Shown here one piece after another: positions 60,592 to 64,000 of a stretch of DNA of 64,000 nt. The notes beneath the pieces were generated by a model. It was not told the DNA's origin, did not search any database, and saw only the letters and a program-made list of their open reading frames with translations. The translations under genes were made by a program, and so were the position numbers. Source of the DNA: Candidatus Multivoradales bacterium (GTDB lineage: Bacteria; Acidobacteriota; Thermoanaerobaculia; Multivoradales; JAHEKO01); contig CBDCVR010000013.1 of NCBI GenBank assembly GCA_965223155.1, positions 512,001 to 576,000 on the forward strand, written 5' to 3'. The first letter of the stretch is position 1; every line of letters begins with the position of its first letter.

Positions 60592-60721
60592 GATGCTTGC
60601 CTCCGACAATCCGCGCGGCGGATGATCCACTGGAAGAAAATCCGGCCTCGACGCGTTGCTATAGTAGCGCGCCGTACGAGCGGGCGATACCCACGAAATC
60701 CAGAGGACGAGGGAGATCCGG

Positions 60722-61669
60722 ATGCCGGAACGCGAGGACGCACAGCACTATCAAGTTGCCATTTTGGGGTCGGGACCGGCCGGTCTGACCGCCGCCCTCT
60801 ACGCGGCTCGGGCCAATCTCGAGCCGCTGGTCCTGGAGGGCAACCAACCCGGCGGCCAGCTCACCATCACCACCGACGTCGAAAACTATCCGGGGTTCCC
60901 GGAAGGCATCTTGGGGCCGGAGCTTATGGAACGGATGCGGGAACAGGCTCGGCGTTTCGGCGCTCAAGTCAAGTTCGAGCAAGTCACGGCGGTGGATCTC
61001 GAGAGCACCCGCAAGACCGTCATCACCGACGGTGGCAGCTACAGTGCCGAGGCCGTGATCATCGCCACCGGCGCTACCGCAAAGTCGCTGGGCCTGCCCT
61101 CCGAGGCCGAGCTCATGGGCTACGGCGTCTCCGCGTGTGCCACCTGCGACGGCTTCTTCTTCAAGGGCAAGGAGCTGGTGGTCATCGGCGGCGGGGACTC
61201 GGCGCTGGAAGAGGCCATCTACCTGACCAAGTTCGCCACCCGGGTAACCGTCATCCACCGCCGCGACGAGTTGCGCGCCTCCAAGATCCTGCAAGATCGC
61301 GCCTTCGCCCACGAGCGCGTTGACTTCGCCTGGAGCTCGGTGGTCGAGGAGATCCTGGGCTCGCGCGAGGATGGCGTCCATGGCGTCCGTCTGCGCAACG
61401 TGGACACGGGCGAGATCACCGAGTTCCCCTGCCAGGGAGTGTTCGTGGCCATCGGCCATCAACCCAACACCGCCTTCCTCGAGGGCCAGCTCGAGACCGA
61501 CCCCGCCGGGTACCTGGAAGTCGACGAGCCCACGACCCGCACGGCTCTCGAGGGCGTCTTCGCTTGCGGCGACGTCGTCGATCCCAGCTACCGCCAGGCG
61601 GTTACCGCCGCGGGCTCCGGCTGCAAGGCGGCTTTGGACGCCGAGCGCTGGCTCGAGCACGCTTCCTAG
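60722..61669 (+). CDS. trxB: Thioredoxin reductase
   Basis: GSGPAG, GGQL, VENYPGF, SACATCDG, GGGDSA, HRRD and YRQAVTAAGSG. Confidence 0.97.
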   Translation: MPEREDAQHYQVAILGSGPAGLTAALYAARANLEPLVLEGNQPGGQLTITTDVENYPGFPEGILGPELMERMREQARRFGAQVKFEQVTAVDLESTRKTVITDGGSYSAEAVIIATGATAKSLGLPSEAELMGYGVSACATCDGFFFKGKELVVIGGGDSALEEAIYLTKFATRVTVIHRRDELRASKILQDRAFAHERVDFAWSSVVEEILGSREDGVHGVRLRNVDTGEITEFPCQGVFVAIGHQPNTAFLEGQLETDPAGYLEVDEPTTRTALEGVFACGDVVDPSYRQAVTAAGSGCKAALDAERWLEHAS

Positions 61670-61695
61670 CCTGCACGTTGCACACGCTCGGCCGA

Positions 61696-61719
61696 TAGGC
61701 GGCTGCAAGCCGCTCCTAC
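61696..61719 (-). repeat. Single GTAG-type REP-like hairpin
   Basis: GTAGGAGCGGCTTGCAGCCGCCTA between the convergent trxB and kinase genes; only one copy seen. Confidence 0.35.
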
Positions 61720-61825
61720 CTGGATCGGCTTGGCTGGCGCCCCGTCGGACCCCTCAAGGCAGTCGCGGCCACGCCCGCACGCCGAGTTGCCACCTCCCGG
61801 CCGGCGGTACCCGCAGTCTCGCCGC

Positions 61826-63970
61826 CTAGCGGATTTCCAGACGACCCTCGGCATCGACCGCGACGTCGAGCGTACGCCGCGCCGCCGGCTTGAGCTCGAC
61901 GGCCATCGACTTGAGAGCGGTGGACCGGCCCGGCAACGCCAGATAGACCTTGAGATCGACAGGGCCGGACTCCACCTGGATCTCCTCCCGGAACGAGCCA
62001 GCAGCCGCCTTGCGCCGCAAGAGACCCTTCTTTTCGAAGAACCGGAAGGAGCGGCGCAACACCTGCTCGTCGCCGACGTAGACCGTCACCACACCGCGTG
62101 GCCGCTGCGAGCGAAACGCCACGGTCAAAGTCGCCGGCCCGGTTGGCACCACCACCGGCTCGACCGGGGGCTGGACCGGCTCCAACACGACCGCGGGCAC
62201 CGGAGCCTCGACCGGCTTGGCCTCGGCTGCGGCGCTTTCGGCGGCCTCGCGAAGCCGGTCGCGAGCGCGGGCCAGGGAGCGCCTCAAAGAGCTCACGGCC
62301 TCGACCGGAGCCCCGAGCGCTACCAAGTCCCGCAACGTCCGTCCAGCGCCGTCCAGATCGCCGCGGGCTACCTGAAGGTGCCCTCGCTCCGAAGCCGCCT
62401 CGACCCGCTCGAACCGGTCCAGCGCGCGCTCAGTCGCCACCTGCCGCCGGGCTTCCTGGCGCAGCTCGCGGATCCTCCGGGCCTCCGGCGCCAACTCTTC
62501 GGCCTGGGCCAGAAGTCGCGCCGCGGCGGCGGCGTCTCCGGTCTCGTAGAGCGCCTGGCTCTCCGCCAGGAGCGAGAGATACTGGAGCCGTTGGGCATCG
62601 GCCTCGATCGCGGTTGCCACCCCTTCAGGCCCGGGCTCGGGCGACCGGGAGCCGCTCCCCCAGCCGACGAACGCTAGGCCCAGGGGCAGAGCCGCCAGCA
62701 GGAACACGCCTAGTGCCACGACCTCCGGGCGGGCGGCGAGCCGCCGATACAGCCGGTGTACCCAAGCCACGGCCGCCGTCCGTACTCGTTCGACGCCGCC
62801 GCCCCGCCGGGACACCGCGGGCGCTTCACGACCTGGCATTCCGGCCTCCGGCGGGCCGAGCGAGGCCCCAGCCGGAGCAGAGTCCGGAGCCGGAATCACC
62901 CCGGCCGGCAGCCGCGCCGTGGCGGCGGTACCGGAGCCAGTAGGGGTTGCGGTGCCAATGGCGGCGGCATCGGCAGCGGACGGGCCCGGGCCCGTCCCTG
63001 CCGGTTCGCCGTCACTGGCCTCCAGCACCTCCAGCTCGACCGGAGTGGCCAGTACCCGTGCCGCCGCCAGCCACGACTCGGTCGGCACCGTATCGTTCAT
63101 CGCCGCCTGCGCTTCCACAGCCAGCCTTAGATCGTGGGCCAGCTCGCCGGCGCTCTGAAAGCGTTCCTCGGGAGCCTTGGCCAGAGCCTTCGCCAGCAGC
63201 CGGCGCAGCGAGGCGGTCAGATGCGGTGCATGGGTTTCCGGAGGCGTTGGCTCCTCGCGCAGGATCTTGCCCATCAGCTCGGACACCGCGTCCGCCTCGA
63301 ACGGCAGATGGCGCGTCAAGAGTTCGTAGAGCACGACTCCAAGAGCGTAGACGTCCAGACGGTGGTCCGATGGCTGCCCCAGGATGCGCTCGGGCGCCAG
63401 ATAGTTGGGCGTCCCCAGACTCATCAGCTCGGAAGCCAGATCCTCGTCCCGGAGGGCGCCGATCCCGAAGTCGGTCACCTTCACCCCTCCGTCCGAGGCC
63501 AGCAGGATGTTGGCCGGCTTGACGTCCCGGTGGACCAGGCCCTGCTCGTGAGCGTGGTCCAGCGCGGTCGCCACCGCGCCGACGATCCGCGAAACCTCTT
63601 CCAGCGAGATGGGCTCAGGCTCAGACAGGCGGCGCCGCAGGCTCTTGCCCTGGACGAACTCCATCGCCAGGGCCAGGAGGCCTCCCTGCCGATCTCCGAC
63701 AACGTCGAAGACGCGCACGATCCCGGGATGCTCGAGGGTGCCGGTGAGCCGGGCTTCGTTGAGCAGCAGCTTGCGCATAACCGCCGGATCCAGACCCGAG
63801 CCCTTCTGCGGCACGAGCTCCTTGACCGCCAGCCAGCGGCCGATCAGCGGATCCCTGGCCAGATAGACGACACCCATCGACCCACGACCGATCTCCTCGA
63901 CGATCTCGTAGCGGTCGATCTTCTCGGGCCGGTCAAATTCCGGCGGCACTGGCTCGGGCACGGCTCCCAC
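61826..63970 (-). CDS. Hanks-type membrane Ser/Thr protein kinase
   Basis: GRGSMG, AVK, HRDVKPAN, DFG, GTPNYLAPE and DVYALG; TM; extracellular helical and PEGA-like domains. Confidence 0.95.
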   Translation of the reverse strand: MGAVPEPVPPEFDRPEKIDRYEIVEEIGRGSMGVVYLARDPLIGRWLAVKELVPQKGSGLDPAVMRKLLLNEARLTGTLEHPGIVRVFDVVGDRQGGLLALAMEFVQGKSLRRRLSEPEPISLEEVSRIVGAVATALDHAHEQGLVHRDVKPANILLASDGGVKVTDFGIGALRDEDLASELMSLGTPNYLAPERILGQPSDHRLDVYALGVVLYELLTRHLPFEADAVSELMGKILREEPTPPETHAPHLTASLRRLLAKALAKAPEERFQSAGELAHDLRLAVEAQAAMNDTVPTESWLAAARVLATPVELEVLEASDGEPAGTGPGPSAADAAAIGTATPTGSGTAATARLPAGVIPAPDSAPAGASLGPPEAGMPGREAPAVSRRGGGVERVRTAAVAWVHRLYRRLAARPEVVALGVFLLAALPLGLAFVGWGSGSRSPEPGPEGVATAIEADAQRLQYLSLLAESQALYETGDAAAAARLLAQAEELAPEARRIRELRQEARRQVATERALDRFERVEAASERGHLQVARGDLDGAGRTLRDLVALGAPVEAVSSLRRSLARARDRLREAAESAAAEAKPVEAPVPAVVLEPVQPPVEPVVVPTGPATLTVAFRSQRPRGVVTVYVGDEQVLRRSFRFFEKKGLLRRKAAAGSFREEIQVESGPVDLKVYLALPGRSTALKSMAVELKPAARRTLDVAVDAEGRLEIR

Positions 63971-64000
63971 AAGGATTCCTCGAACTAGGCTCTATGGGTA

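Overview
High-GC bacterial chromosomal segment that is almost entirely core genes. Gene content and order suggest Acidobacteriota, possibly Thermoanaerobaculia; this is an inference. From left to right it contains: (1) a minus-strand mgtE-recO-glyQ-glyS-ppdK-pdxH-GAPDH/Epd-like run; (2) a small accessory block (vWA-TM-FHA protein, a frameshifted PEGA-like/DUF1566 gene, a membrane protein, a DUF2378-like protein and a MutS-domain-V-only ATPase); (3) a Leu/Phe/Val dehydrogenase; (4) a long minus-strand run uvrB-uvrC-J/TPR-rnpB-LD-carboxypeptidase-cNMP/FHA-recG-GT4-membrane protein-M50-trpS-scpA-scpB-rluB-cmk; (5) PBP1A; (6) the TPR-lipoprotein-spoVG-tRNA-Gln-prs-rplY-pth-hppA-[lower-GC hicB/hicA-like islet]-rpsF-rpsR-rplI region; (7) MshEN protein, HU/IHF, M50, dtd, ssb, mutS, tsaB; (8) a GT-C-like protein plus a coiled-coil methyltransferase; (9) DUF465, psd, an Asd-like pseudoenzyme, ferritin, trxB and a Ser/Thr kinase. 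I saw no CRISPR array, transposase, integrase or prophage. The best candidates for undescribed biology are the divergent HicB/HicA-like islet, a stand-alone copy of the methyltransferase N-terminal coiled-coil module placed after rplI, the vWA/degenerate-FHA operon, a J-like (HPR) TPR protein, a catalytically dead Asd homolog coupled to psd, and a structured RNA upstream of DUF465. All protein calls come from motif recognition by eye; no database searches were run.
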